Virus record (IMG/VR): IMGVR_UViG_3300042460_000724
Span: 1-64,000 of that record
Source of the DNA: a virus
Length of the DNA: 64,000 bases
Reading direction: 5' to 3' (one strand)
A program made the translations under genes and the position numbers. Below, piece after piece: positions 35,851 to 46,443 of this stretch. The stretch's first letter is position 1, and each line of letters begins with the position of its first letter. Below the pieces are notes generated by a model. That model was not told where the DNA came from. It did not search any database and saw nothing but the letters and a program-made list of their open reading frames with translations.

Positions 35851-36417
35851 TTAGTATGCTTCAGCTTCTTCGTCTACTACTATCCAACCTAACTTTAACA
35901 AATCTTCTCGTATTTCATCAGTTACACAACTTTCTGGTACAAACTTTTTACTTTGTATATATGCTTCTTGCAGTTCCTTAGTAAGGGCACGAAATTCATC
36001 ATCATCTAGTATCTTGGCATCCCTGATACCACTGCAGTACCAGTCAATGTAATCACCCTTGCCTTGCATATCAGCAATAATACCGCCGGCGTGTCTCCAA
36101 CTACAACTCCAACGTTTCTCAGTTAGTATGGGCCACACATCATTTTTAATAAAATCATTGTTACACATTGAGGCATACAAATGTTGTGCATAAACATCGT
36201 CTAATTTAGCTTTGTCTACGATCCATTGAGTACTACGAAGGTCATACTCCATGTTGTCTTTTTGCCAGTCGGGATCTACGATATTAGCTTCATCTTGTTC
36301 TTGCCAAGTTTTATACATTTGAATATAGTCGGGATTAGGCTCTTCACCTTTTTCTTCACAACGTTTAATATAACCTTCTTTTTGAAAAGTATTTCTATCT
36401 GGACTACTACTTATCAT
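35851..36417 (-). CDS. Hypothetical phage protein
   Basis: YAQ.LY..MCNN...SWR.AGG..A...GDYIDWYCSG. Confidence 0.75.
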   Translation of the reverse strand: MISSSPDRNTFQKEGYIKRCEEKGEEPNPDYIQMYKTWQEQDEANIVDPDWQKDNMEYDLRSTQWIVDKAKLDDVYAQHLYASMCNNDFIKNDVWPILTEKRWSCSWRHAGGIIADMQGKGDYIDWYCSGIRDAKILDDDEFRALTKELQEAYIQSKKFVPESCVTDEIREDLLKLGWIVVDEEAEAY

Positions 36418-36883
36418 CTTCTACCTCTATCCAAGTGTGGTCACCTAACCATTTAACTTTGCAAATATATTCATAGTCAATCGGCTTACCAGCAGACCAA
36501 TCATTAGGTCCATGAATACTTAATCTTGTAAACTGTTTACGTATATCAAAGAGTAACCAATATATGTTACCATTTGATAATTGAAAATCATATTTAGCGG
36601 CGTGAACCATATCAGTCAAATCAAGTCTATGTTTAATCTGTTCAGCTTGCTTTTGTAATACTTCAACCAGTTCCATGATTCTATCATACTCTTGTTTGGC
36701 ATGTAAACGTGCTACATTAAGCATAATGTCTTTATGTTTTTCTACTGGTACTAAATCAAATTTAGGTCCTGAACTTTCAGTAGCATATGGTGTTACGTTG
36801 CGATTAAAGAAATGTATCAACGATCCGGAACTAGTAGAATCATAACTACTGACACCGTTAGCTGAATTTGGTTTTTCAATCAT
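36407..36883 (-). CDS. DUF2452-like protein
   Basis: Coiled coil, then AKYDF...G.IY...LS..P.DW...D.TW. Confidence 0.65.
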   Translation of the reverse strand: MIEKPNSANGVSSYDSTSSGSLIHFFNRNVTPYATESSGPKFDLVPVEKHKDIMLNVARLHAKQEYDRIMELVEVLQKQAEQIKHRLDLTDMVHAAKYDFQLSNGNIYWLLFDIRKQFTRLSIHGPNDWSAGKPIDYEYICKVKWLGDHTWIEVEDDK

Positions 36884-36889
36884 TGTATA

Positions 36890-37507
36890 TTATATCTTAT
36901 TTTCATTAGAAGCTACAGTCTTTTGGGAATTTTTTGTCTTCTTATTTTTACTGTAAAAGATATGATTACCGATCTTAGCTACTTGCTTATATGGCCATAA
37001 TGGATCCACTTGCAAGTTATGAAAAAACAATGCTGTTTTTGGCAGTACATCTATATAAGCATCATATGCTAATACTTCATATGCAACACGTTCAGCTTGT
37101 TTATATGTTGGGTTGTTTTGATTAGGTTCCCCTTTACCTTCACAAACCCAACTAAACTGACATAGTTTTACTTTTTGTATTTCATCGTCAACTAACCTAT
37201 CTATCATATTTGATTGATATATAACTGCACAAGGGTTCTTTTCAAAACCGTATGCTATTCTATTCATCACTACCCGTGCTACTGCCGCTTGCCCAATCAA
37301 CGGTTCACCACCTGCTTCATAGAATATATTTTTAGCTAAACATTTTAATTGTTTTGGATCTACTAATTTAGCAACAACTTCAACAACTTTTTCTTCTTGT
37401 TTTTCCTTAGCCAAATTTATATTAGTTGATCCTGCAGTTAATAGACCCATACACAATACTATTATAGTTAGTATTTTTTGAGGGAGGTTGAATTTCCATA
37501 AAAACAT
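36890..37507 (-). CDS. Cell wall hydrolase (SleB/Hydrolase_2)
   Basis: CLA.NIF.EA.GE..GQ.AVA.VV.NR...CQFSW...IGNHIFY. Confidence 0.9.
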   Translation of the reverse strand: MFLWKFNLPQKILTIIVLCMGLLTAGSTNINLAKEKQEEKVVEVVAKLVDPKQLKCLAKNIFYEAGGEPLIGQAAVARVVMNRIAYGFEKNPCAVIYQSNMIDRLVDDEIQKVKLCQFSWVCEGKGEPNQNNPTYKQAERVAYEVLAYDAYIDVLPKTALFFHNLQVDPLWPYKQVAKIGNHIFYSKNKKTKNSQKTVASNENKI

Positions 37508-37544
37508 AATGTTTCCTTTCTGCTTATTACTAAGCAATATGGTA

Positions 37545-39047
37545 TTAAATGTTATCCCAACAATCGCAATTACAACGAATTACTTCATCAATTGCTTCTT
37601 GTACAGGATAAGTTGCGGGTAATAATATATCAGAAGTATATATTACTGAAAGTTCAGGACTTATTAAGTTCTGATAACGTGAACCAGCAAAGCTGCCTGG
37701 TTCATTTGCTTGACCGGTATCTATTGCAACACCGTCACTATAATAAAGTTCAGTAGTTGGGTCATAATAACCATATGGATCAGGAGATCCAATGTCAGTT
37801 ATTAATGTTGCCGGTGCACTACCTGCCAATGTACCGTTTGCAATTAACTCTGATTGTTGATTTTTAGTTAATGTATTATCTATGTTGTTATCTAATGGAA
37901 TACCAGCTTCTTGTAATCTAGCTTGATTACGTGCTTGACGTAACATTGCTACTATACTTCTTCCGCCGACCGTATTATAATTTGCAATAGCTTCTAATGT
38001 TTGTGAATACATATTAGGTTGAGTAAACATTGCATAATTAGGTATAGTATCAACAAATGCATATTGAGTGCCAGGATAGCTAGCTATCGTAGGTTCTCTC
38101 TCATAATCAGGAGAACTATTAGGTACACCAATTGCTAATCCTGTTGCAATTGCACGTTGTTCTATTGATAATAATGTTCCAGTGGTATTCCAATTAGTTA
38201 TTAATTGTTGCGCAAGTGCAGGTTGTGCATTTCTGATACTTGCTATCTCTGCATTAGCGGCATCAATATAAGTCTGTACCGTAGTATTCATAGTAGGCCA
38301 ACCACCACCGGGAGGTGCATTAATCACCACAGTGCCGGCTACGCCTGAATAACTTATAGATATAATTCTTCCAAAAGTAGTTATATTATTAGGATCTGTA
38401 CCTATTGTTGCTGTTGCTGGATTGCCACCTACTGTAACTGTTGGTGCAGATGCATATCCACCACCTTTGTTTGTATAAGTAAATGTTGTACCATTCCAAG
38501 TAGCAGTTGCTTGTTCCCAAGTTACTGCTAGATATAAATTTTTATAAATCGTATATAGATTAGTTGTTTCTAATTGCTGAATGAGAGGTGTAATGTTTAT
38601 ACCAAGATAGGGTAATCCACTCATACATCCTAAGAAGTTACTCATCGTATATGTATTATACGGTCCATTGCCTAACGCAATTAACGCTAATCCCTGACTT
38701 GCTAACGTTGTATCAGTAGGAACACTAGAGCCATTGACATTTAATCCCTTAGTTGTTTCTAAACTATTAACTACTTGTGCAAACTTTTCAATTGGTATAC
38801 TTGATATGTTTTTAATCTGTTGCATTGATACACTAAACGAACCGGCAGCTGTAGCAATATCAGGAGGTAATATGCCATCTAAATATGCACCAAATCCTTG
38901 TGGGATAACTTGAATGTTTGTTATGTTTGATTGTGTTGTTCCTGAATCAGGTAATACGTTGGTAGTGGATGTGCCGGTAGTTGCATATGCGCTACTACTA
39001 GGTGCACTTATATCATCTCTTAAATTTTGATTAAAAATGCCTGCCAT
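37545..39047 (-). CDS. Putative baseplate/tail structural protein
   Basis: Large T/N/G-rich ORF in an operon with the PAAR gene. Confidence 0.6.
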   Translation of the reverse strand: MAGIFNQNLRDDISAPSSSAYATTGTSTTNVLPDSGTTQSNITNIQVIPQGFGAYLDGILPPDIATAAGSFSVSMQQIKNISSIPIEKFAQVVNSLETTKGLNVNGSSVPTDTTLASQGLALIALGNGPYNTYTMSNFLGCMSGLPYLGINITPLIQQLETTNLYTIYKNLYLAVTWEQATATWNGTTFTYTNKGGGYASAPTVTVGGNPATATIGTDPNNITTFGRIISISYSGVAGTVVINAPPGGGWPTMNTTVQTYIDAANAEIASIRNAQPALAQQLITNWNTTGTLLSIEQRAIATGLAIGVPNSSPDYEREPTIASYPGTQYAFVDTIPNYAMFTQPNMYSQTLEAIANYNTVGGRSIVAMLRQARNQARLQEAGIPLDNNIDNTLTKNQQSELIANGTLAGSAPATLITDIGSPDPYGYYDPTTELYYSDGVAIDTGQANEPGSFAGSRYQNLISPELSVIYTSDILLPATYPVQEAIDEVIRCNCDCWDNI

Positions 39048-40306
39048 TACACTATTCCTTGCGCTGTAGGAGAAGTTAAATTACTATTCAGGCCACCATT
39101 ACTATATATAGGATAATATATCTTACTATTAGCAGGTCCACCTACTGTATTATACACTGGAACTGTTAATGTTGCATAGCTATTTGGGAATAATTTTATG
39201 GGATTGAGTAAATCACACAATGATTCTAACCCTATAGTCTTACAATTTAATGATACTAATATATCTTTTAAATCTTGTCCCAAAATAATACCAAATGCTC
39301 CGTATATTTTACGTTCTTGTTCTTTGGTAACTGGTTGTATGTTACCTAATATTTCTCCCAATTCAGCTACTGTTATGCCACTTGCAATTAATGCAAGACT
39401 TACTGATTTAGTGACTGCATTATTTTGTTGTAACGTTGATAATAAATTACTAGGTAAACCAAATGTTGATATAGATTGTAAATTTATAGCTTTGCCACTA
39501 GCAATTAAATCTTGACCAAATACAGTTGTTGCTATACTTACACCGGCAATATCACCGGTAATTAAGTCATCCATATTACTATAAGTACCATCTAAAAATT
39601 CTTGTGAATTATTTACTGCTAGTATAGTACTATTACTGTATTCAATAAAACTATATGCTGTCATAAACCCAGATAGAAAATCTTTATAGGCTCCACTATC
39701 GGCTGATATTCCGCTGTTGTAATTAAACTCGTTATAACCTTGCAATGCAAATAATCTAGTATAACCCCATCGTGTTACTTCATTAGTGTAATTGTAGTTA
39801 CTTGCCCAATTAGGATAACCAGTCCAATTAAACGTTGACGGAGGACTATTACCTAATGCAGGAATACTATTAGATCCGATAGATATTAAATTATTGTATG
39901 TTGTGCTATCAACTGTATATGACGTAGTGGTAGTTGCTGTGCCTGTACCAGATCCTATACCGGATGCAGTAAATGTCACTCCCACTGTATTACTAGATGC
40001 ACCAATAGCTACAAAGTTAGTAGTACCTATATATGTAATAGTATAACTGGATCCCACAGTAAAGTTTCCTGCAACAACAGTAACATTTGGTGCGCCTCTA
40101 CTATAAGCATCATTAATAGCATATGTAAGTAATCGTAAACAGGTATCGTTAACAATATTACCCAAGTTGGCAGCAGATGATGTACTAGTACTAGATCCAA
40201 CAAAGTTTACCATTATGGGATTAATATTAAACCCAATATTTTGCAATAATGAGCTTAATGTATTAACACCTAATGGACTTTGTTTAGCTGAATCACTCAT
40301 GGACAA
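39047..40306 (-). CDS. Putative baseplate/tail structural protein
   Basis: Follows PAAR; contains an AGNFTVGSSYTI...GTTNF..IGA..NTVG..FTA module. Confidence 0.6.
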   Translation of the reverse strand: MSMSDSAKQSPLGVNTLSSLLQNIGFNINPIMVNFVGSSTSTSSAANLGNIVNDTCLRLLTYAINDAYSRGAPNVTVVAGNFTVGSSYTITYIGTTNFVAIGASSNTVGVTFTASGIGSGTGTATTTTSYTVDSTTYNNLISIGSNSIPALGNSPPSTFNWTGYPNWASNYNYTNEVTRWGYTRLFALQGYNEFNYNSGISADSGAYKDFLSGFMTAYSFIEYSNSTILAVNNSQEFLDGTYSNMDDLITGDIAGVSIATTVFGQDLIASGKAINLQSISTFGLPSNLLSTLQQNNAVTKSVSLALIASGITVAELGEILGNIQPVTKEQERKIYGAFGIILGQDLKDILVSLNCKTIGLESLCDLLNPIKLFPNSYATLTVPVYNTVGGPANSKIYYPIYSNGGLNSNLTSPTAQGIV

Positions 40307-40590
40307 AATACATCAGGACTACCCTGTACGATACTATGACCGCAACTGTTTCCTGATCCTACTCTAAGTACCGGACTACCTTCGGCAAAAACTGTAGGAC
40401 TACCTTCTGTAGTAGTTGCTGCCGCGTGTGGTGGATGGGGGTTGTTTCTTTTTTGTGGCCAAGGAGCGTGTGGAGTGATTTGACTAACGTGTAATCCAAC
40501 AGAAATTCCATTGGCAAACACAGTGCCGGCACCTCTAATGATAGTACCGCCAACTTGATTTGCATCACCTATACGACTTAATTGTGCCAT
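40297..40590 (-). CDS. PAAR spike-tip protein (gp5.4-like)
   Basis: RIGD...VFANG...GS.TVF.EG..V.RVG...CGH. Confidence 0.9.
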   Translation of the reverse strand: MAQLSRIGDANQVGGTIIRGAGTVFANGISVGLHVSQITPHAPWPQKRNNPHPPHAAATTTEGSPTVFAEGSPVLRVGSGNSCGHSIVQGSPDVFCP

Positions 40591-40591
40591 T

Positions 40592-40897
40592 TTATCCCAA
40601 TACGATTTTTTTACTAGGTACTTTAATACCAGTTGTTGCTTCTAAGTACTTGTCTTTGATGTTATCATCAGTTTCAGCATACATTGCAACACTAGTAGTA
40701 TTTAGCTTAAATTCACCCTTTGGATTTGCAGTAAAAATACTTGGAATCATTTGCATACCCTGTTGTGATGGGGCAATAGATACTGGTTCTTCAATCTGAA
40801 TAAACTCTGAACCTGATTGAATTACCTTTGCAATTAATTCCTCCCCGGAATTAAGCTTAAATGTGTACACTGTATTTGGATGGATTGCTATTTGCAT
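40592..40897 (-). CDS. Sm-like fold phage protein
   Basis: FKL.SGEELIA...Y...TTGI..P. Confidence 0.6.
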   Translation of the reverse strand: MQIAIHPNTVYTFKLNSGEELIAKVIQSGSEFIQIEEPVSIAPSQQGMQMIPSIFTANPKGEFKLNTTSVAMYAETDDNIKDKYLEATTGIKVPSKKIVLG

Positions 40898-41127
40898 TAA
40901 TTACTTTCTGTTAATTTTTGTTTTAGTTCGGTGAAACCACCGATCAGTACACCATCTAAGATGATTTGAGGTACTGTTCTTGCTGATGGAATTTCTTCTA
41001 ATAGTTCTTCTTTTGTATACCCGTCTCCGATTTTCTTTTCTTCAAATTGGATACCTTTTTGATTTAACAATGCCTTTGCTTGGTCGCAGTAAGGGCAGTG
41101 ATATTTACTCCATACGATTGCTTTCAT
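40897..41127 (-). CDS. Glutaredoxin
   Basis: CPYC, TVPQI and IGGF. Confidence 0.95.
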   Translation of the reverse strand: MKAIVWSKYHCPYCDQAKALLNQKGIQFEEKKIGDGYTKEELLEEIPSARTVPQIILDGVLIGGFTELKQKLTESN

Positions 41128-41139
41128 TTTTTATTCTCC

Positions 41140-42240
41140 TTATATATTTGGCAAGTCATCATAGTTTAATGATTCACTCATTACACCTATAACGTAATTT
41201 GTTGATTCGGTTTCCTGCAATGCAGATTGTTTTTTACTTGTGTCACTATGTTTATTGAACCAAGGAATAGGTGTACTCTTTGGCGCAGGATTATTATATC
41301 GTATACCGATTTCTTTCAATGCTCCTACAGCAGTATAATCTACAAAGTCTTTTAACACAGTTGCATTCAATCCAATAACTGGTCCCAGTTTAAACAAATA
41401 GTCAGCCCAATCTTTTTCTTCTTTAATTACATCTAGGTAAAGTTGATATACTTCAGCTTCACATTCTGATTTTACTTGTGCAAATCTGCTATCTTCTTTT
41501 ACTACTTGATTAATAAGGTAAGCAGTCCAGCCTTTATGTAACAATTCATCTTGGAGAATTAAACTGATAATGTTACCATTACCAATAAAGATTTTGTTCT
41601 CAACCATTGCTAGACTTGTAGCAAATGATACCATAAAGCGGAATGCTTCTAATGCGTAACTAGCGTGTAATGCCATATAGATGGCTTTGATGTGTTCTTT
41701 TTCATTTACATCTATACCTAACTCTTTACGGCAATTAACTTGATGTAACTCATCATAATAAAGTCCAACACTACTTGCCATATCTACAATTTCTTTTGTG
41801 TCGTGGATAGTGTTGAATACATCTTTAGGCACATTGTAGATATTACGAATGATGTGACTATACGAACGACTATGGATGTTAGTCTCAAAGAAGCTCCAGT
41901 TATAGATCAATGCTTCTAGTTCGGGTAATGATACAACAGGAGTAAACACTTGACTTGGTGCTCGTCCTTGCAAACTATCTAATGCTGTTTGTCGTAATAG
42001 ATTACTAGTAAAGATATGCTTTACCGCATCGCTTGCATCTTTGAAATCATTGGCATCCTTGGTTAGAGAAATTTCTTCTGGAATCCAAAAGAAACCACGT
42101 GCCGTTGTTTCAAAGTCTGCAATCTTTTTATATTTCACCTCCTCAAACCTTTGAATGGTTACGGGACCTTCCGGGTCCAAAAACATTTTTCTATTCAAAT
42201 AATCTGTCTTAGTGTTTAGGTTGTATTGTTGTTTTGACAT
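41140..42240 (-). CDS. nrdB: Ribonucleotide reductase Ia beta subunit
   Basis: FFW.PEE, LDSLQGR, ETNIHSRSY and DELLH. Confidence 0.96.
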   Translation of the reverse strand: MSKQQYNLNTKTDYLNRKMFLDPEGPVTIQRFEEVKYKKIADFETTARGFFWIPEEISLTKDANDFKDASDAVKHIFTSNLLRQTALDSLQGRAPSQVFTPVVSLPELEALIYNWSFFETNIHSRSYSHIIRNIYNVPKDVFNTIHDTKEIVDMASSVGLYYDELHQVNCRKELGIDVNEKEHIKAIYMALHASYALEAFRFMVSFATSLAMVENKIFIGNGNIISLILQDELLHKGWTAYLINQVVKEDSRFAQVKSECEAEVYQLYLDVIKEEKDWADYLFKLGPVIGLNATVLKDFVDYTAVGALKEIGIRYNNPAPKSTPIPWFNKHSDTSKKQSALQETESTNYVIGVMSESLNYDDLPNI

Positions 42241-42249
42241 TGTTTTTCC

Positions 42250-44571
42250 TTAAAGCTTGCAGGACAAGCAATCTTCCTCTTCATCCATATCATTAAAGCC
42301 GCTTGGCAAATCTAATACAGTTTCATCTTGACTCTTACTACCTGCTTTGTTAATCAAGCTATAGTAGAATGTTTTTAATCCCCACATATGTGCCTGCATC
42401 AAGTTCTTAGCAATCAATGTTGTTGGGACTTTACGTTCAGGGAAATGTGCTGGATTGTAGAAAGTATTAGTTGATATACTTTGATCCACATAGGCTGCAA
42501 TCACAGCCGCTGTCTTTAAGTAACCATCACAATCTTTTTGATCCCACATCAATTGATATTTGTTTTTTAACTTATGATATTCTGGAACAACTTGTACAAA
42601 ACTTCCTGCTTTACTTTCTTTTACACTAATTAAACTCATTGGCATTTCAATACCATTAGTAGAGTTAATTACTACTGAACTAGATTCTACAGGAGCTACA
42701 GCCATTTGTGTAGCATTACGGACACCATGACTACGCATCATAGCACGTAGTCCTTCCCAGTTTAATTCGGGTTCAAAGTTAGCTAATTCGTTAACACCTT
42801 TAGCTCTTAGTTCCCAGGGGAAGATACCTTGACCATATCTTGTTTTATCACTATGTTCACATCTACCGCGTTCCTGTGCTAGTTCTACACTTGCTTCAGT
42901 TAAGTAGAAGGATAAGTGTTCCATCCACGTCTTGACTTCAGCCAAGGAGTCTTTTTCTCCGTACTTAAGACTTCGCTTGGCGTGCCAGTAGGCAAGATTA
43001 GTAATTCCAATTCCAAGAGGTCTGATTTCATCGTTTGATAGTTTAGACTGAATGGATAGAAAGTCTTGATAGTCAAGAATGTTATTGAGGCTACGATGCA
43101 ATATGCGACAAGCACGGCGCATATCTTCTGGGTTACGGAACGCACCCCAATTGATACTGCCCAATGTGCAAAGAGCGATACGACCATCGCTGTCATCCAA
43201 ACGTTTAAAGGATTTAGTAGGTAAAAGAATTTCACAGCATAAATTACTCTGGTAAATTGTATGATATTCAGGATCAAATGGACCTTGATTCATAACGTTA
43301 TCAACGAACACTAAGTAGATACGTCCTGTATCTGTTCGTTCTTTTAATATGCCTGACTTGAATACTTCTTCAGCAGACATTGTTTTCTTTCTTAAGTCTT
43401 TACGTTTTTCATATTTTACGTATAGTTCTTCAAATAGTTCTGTGTTTTTGTAAAATGCTTCGTATAAATCAGGAACTTCATTGGGGTCAAAGAATGTTAT
43501 TTGTTCTTTGTTTTTAAATCGTCTCCAGAAGAATGCACTAAGCACAACCCCATAATCCATATGACGGACTCGGGTTTCTTCTGTTCCTTGATTGTTTTTA
43601 AGGACAATAAGATCATCAAACTGATGATGCCAAATAGGATAAAAAACAGTAGCACTTGCATTGCGGATACCTCCTTGTGAGCAACTTCTTAAATCACCGA
43701 ACCATTTCTTTAAGAACGGAATCATGCCGGTGTGCATAATTTCGCCACCGCGAATGGGTGATCCTAATGGTCGTAGTCTACCAATTTCGAGACCAATGCC
43801 AGCACGTTTGCTAGCATATTTTGCCATCATTTCACCAGAAGCAAAAATACTATCCAAGTCATCATCACTGCGAATAAGTACACACGAACTGAATTGTTTA
43901 GTAGGGGTGCCGAGACCAGCAAGGACGGGAGTAGCCAGAGTAAATAATCCATCACTTGCGGCATTATAATATTCCTTTATATAGCGCAGCCTTGCGTTGT
44001 TAGGTTCTTCTTTATGAAATACTGTTGCGGCTGCGATCATATATCTAACTTGTGGTGTTTCATATGTTTGTTTTGTTGAACGGTTGCGGACAAGATATTT
44101 TTCAATCAATTGTTCAATAGCGGCATAACTATATTGTTCATCCTTAGAGTGGTCAAGCAGGTCATCCATTTTGTTCCAATCTTCTTCAGTATACCATTCT
44201 AGTAACTCCGGTGTATATAAACCAGTAGCTACATTAGTTGTTACAATATTATAAAGACTGGGAGGTGAATAATCCCCATAAACATCTTTACGTAACATAG
44301 ACAGACGTTGTTTACCTGCTACATATTGATAATTTGTATGTCCTACATCTGGATTATTTTCTACGTCAATCAAGTCAACTACAGCACGTAGAGTAATTTC
44401 GTCAATTTGTCTGGTTGAAATCCCATCATAGAAGTGTAGTTGTGATTTTATTTCTACCATTGACGGGCTAACATCTGCTATCCCTACACATATTTTTGCC
44501 ACTTGTGCTTGCCATTTTTCTAACATTAATGGCTCTTTTGTCCCATCTCGTTTGGTGACGTGTATTTTCAT
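42250..44571 (-). CDS. nrdA: Ribonucleotide reductase Ia alpha subunit with ATP cone
   Basis: VTKRDG, QFSSC, SNLCCEI, KTFYY and C-terminal CxxC. Confidence 0.97.
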   Translation of the reverse strand: MKIHVTKRDGTKEPLMLEKWQAQVAKICVGIADVSPSMVEIKSQLHFYDGISTRQIDEITLRAVVDLIDVENNPDVGHTNYQYVAGKQRLSMLRKDVYGDYSPPSLYNIVTTNVATGLYTPELLEWYTEEDWNKMDDLLDHSKDEQYSYAAIEQLIEKYLVRNRSTKQTYETPQVRYMIAAATVFHKEEPNNARLRYIKEYYNAASDGLFTLATPVLAGLGTPTKQFSSCVLIRSDDDLDSIFASGEMMAKYASKRAGIGLEIGRLRPLGSPIRGGEIMHTGMIPFLKKWFGDLRSCSQGGIRNASATVFYPIWHHQFDDLIVLKNNQGTEETRVRHMDYGVVLSAFFWRRFKNKEQITFFDPNEVPDLYEAFYKNTELFEELYVKYEKRKDLRKKTMSAEEVFKSGILKERTDTGRIYLVFVDNVMNQGPFDPEYHTIYQSNLCCEILLPTKSFKRLDDSDGRIALCTLGSINWGAFRNPEDMRRACRILHRSLNNILDYQDFLSIQSKLSNDEIRPLGIGITNLAYWHAKRSLKYGEKDSLAEVKTWMEHLSFYLTEASVELAQERGRCEHSDKTRYGQGIFPWELRAKGVNELANFEPELNWEGLRAMMRSHGVRNATQMAVAPVESSSVVINSTNGIEMPMSLISVKESKAGSFVQVVPEYHKLKNKYQLMWDQKDCDGYLKTAAVIAAYVDQSISTNTFYNPAHFPERKVPTTLIAKNLMQAHMWGLKTFYYSLINKAGSKSQDETVLDLPSGFNDMDEEEDCLSCKL

Positions 44572-44574
44572 TTT

Positions 44575-45012
44575 TTACCCTATATTCTTATTAATTGTTG
44601 TTATATCTAACTTGCGTACTATTTTAAAATCTTTTAGATTATTACTTATCACCGTATCTGGCCAGTAATTCAGTATATATTTTGCGTTGTCAACCAAGAC
44701 TAATGATATGTCATCGCCCTGTACATCCGTTGCTAATACAAATTCTATATCAGAAATATCCATTAACAGTAGAGTATAACACATTCCTAGACCCCTTGCA
44801 AGTGTACAGTAGGTGTTTTCTACCAAAAGATCCCAAGGACCGGGCCACTCACTGACTTCATTTGGGTGAAGATGATAGTTAATTAATGGTGCATTTTGCC
44901 ACCATTTATCTACTTCTACACATTGTTGAGATAAATCAAGATTTTTGATTTTATTGCGTAATTTGTACCAGCTTTGTAATCTATTGTCATAAGACGATTG
45001 AAATATATTCAT
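44575..45012 (-). CDS. Hypothetical phage protein
   Basis: RL..W..LR...WW..AP...WP.PW.L. Confidence 0.7.
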   Translation of the reverse strand: MNIFQSSYDNRLQSWYKLRNKIKNLDLSQQCVEVDKWWQNAPLINYHLHPNEVSEWPGPWDLLVENTYCTLARGLGMCYTLLLMDISDIEFVLATDVQGDDISLVLVDNAKYILNYWPDTVISNNLKDFKIVRKLDITTINKNIG

Positions 45013-45023
45013 TAGATAACTAC

Positions 45024-45800
45024 TTATCTTTTTTCAATATTAGCTAACGTTTTCCTTGTTTTAGTCATATCAGCACACGTATACTTCTGATAACTAGCTT
45101 TCAATATCTCCGGCATAGGAATCTCTACTACTTTTACATTAAATGTGTTTGCTACATCTAAAAAGCTAATAGGTTTCCCACTACCTATATTAAATATACC
45201 TGATTCTTTAATATTTAAAAACTGTAAATGCGTATCTATCACTTCTTCTACCGGTACAAAATCTCTTTTATGATCTGCACTATTCTCAAATACACGTATT
45301 TCACCTGTTTTTGATTGTTCATAAAACTGAAAGAATGGACTTGCTTGCTTATCTTTGTGTTCTTCGCCTACACCATTAGATGCGTATACATTGAAATATC
45401 TAAATCCTTGTACTATACTGCCTGTAGGATGTTTCTCTACATATCTTTCAAACAAATACTTGCTCCAAGCGTATGGATTTCTTGGATCTACAGGTGCTGT
45501 TTCACTAAAATCAGTCCCTAATCCATACACGCTTGCACTACTAGAATATTGCATATTAACTCCAAACGTCTTACATTCTTCATATAAGTCTATGCTAAAC
45601 TCTGTATTCTGTCTAAGTATCTTATCTATATCACGCTCAGTGGTGCTACTGATTCCTCCCATATGAATGACCCATTCGAATTCCATTACGCTAGGTCTAA
45701 TTCCATCTGACCATTCAAATGTCGTAACATCGTGTTCTTTTAGTGCTTTAAGCATATAACTGCCAATAAAGCCGTTGTGTCCAGTTAATAGTATTTTCAT
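45024..45800 (-). CDS. hldD: ADP-L-glycero-D-manno-heptose 6-epimerase
   Basis: TG..GFIG, SSTTE.D, YSSSASVYG, YAWSK, RYFNVY, RDF and YQ.YT.AD. Confidence 0.88.
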   Translation of the reverse strand: MKILLTGHNGFIGSYMLKALKEHDVTTFEWSDGIRPSVMEFEWVIHMGGISSTTERDIDKILRQNTEFSIDLYEECKTFGVNMQYSSSASVYGLGTDFSETAPVDPRNPYAWSKYLFERYVEKHPTGSIVQGFRYFNVYASNGVGEEHKDKQASPFFQFYEQSKTGEIRVFENSADHKRDFVPVEEVIDTHLQFLNIKESGIFNIGSGKPISFLDVANTFNVKVVEIPMPEILKASYQKYTCADMTKTRKTLANIEKR

Positions 45801-46090
45801 CTAAAATATGTACCTACATTAAAAGCTTTATCATCTATCCACATATCATATGCAGGTTTACCTACCTCAGCCGTAGTATACTTAACACCCCAATCATTCA
45901 ATTGTTTAAGTGTAAGTTCAAGCCAATTCTTACCTGTATTACTGCCACGTGCTGTCCAATAATGTATCTCGTTGCCTGCGTCATATAACTTATTAAAATG
46001 TTCTATACGTGATAGATACGGTTCTGCGTTTGCATAATCTCCATTAGTTGTAGTACAAATAGTACCATCAATATCTACTATAATTTTCAT
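45797..46090 (-). CDS. Small HAD-superfamily phosphatase
   Basis: VDIDGTI, WTARG, GKP..D.WIDDK. Confidence 0.85.
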   Translation of the reverse strand: MKIIVDIDGTICTTTNGDYANAEPYLSRIEHFNKLYDAGNEIHYWTARGSNTGKNWLELTLKQLNDWGVKYTTAEVGKPAYDMWIDDKAFNVGTYFR

Positions 46091-46443
46091 TTCTGACTGT
46101 CTCCCGGTAATACTCTATAGTTATCTTCTACACTATCAGGTGTACTAACTTCAATAATAGTACCTTCTTCTAAGCATATAACCTGATGAGGTTGAAGTGG
46201 TCTATTGCGCCATACTTCACCCTCTTTTAATGTAACATCGTGTAAGCTAGCATCTTGCGTTTCAATGAATTTAATCATAAATAATCCACTTAATATATAC
46301 CAACTTTCATCCTTTTCAGCGTGAAAATGCATACTGAATTTTGCACCCTTATTGAATTTCAATAACTTGCCGCAATACTTATCAGTAGTAGCCCATATCA
46401 ATTCGTGGCCCCAACCTTTTTCTACAAATCCTTCAAGTCGCAT
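46087..46443 (-). CDS. Cupin sugar isomerase-like protein
   Basis: VEKGWG.E...SMHFH..KDE...H...EVST.D..ED.YR. Confidence 0.8.
   Translation of the reverse strand: MRLEGFVEKGWGHELIWATTDKYCGKLLKFNKGAKFSMHFHAEKDESWYILSGLFMIKFIETQDASLHDVTLKEGEVWRNRPLQPHQVICLEEGTIIEVSTPDSVEDNYRVLPGDSQK

Noticed and set aside
41140-44571. Introns or inteins in nrdA/nrdB
   Set aside because: Both ORFs are continuous and of normal length.
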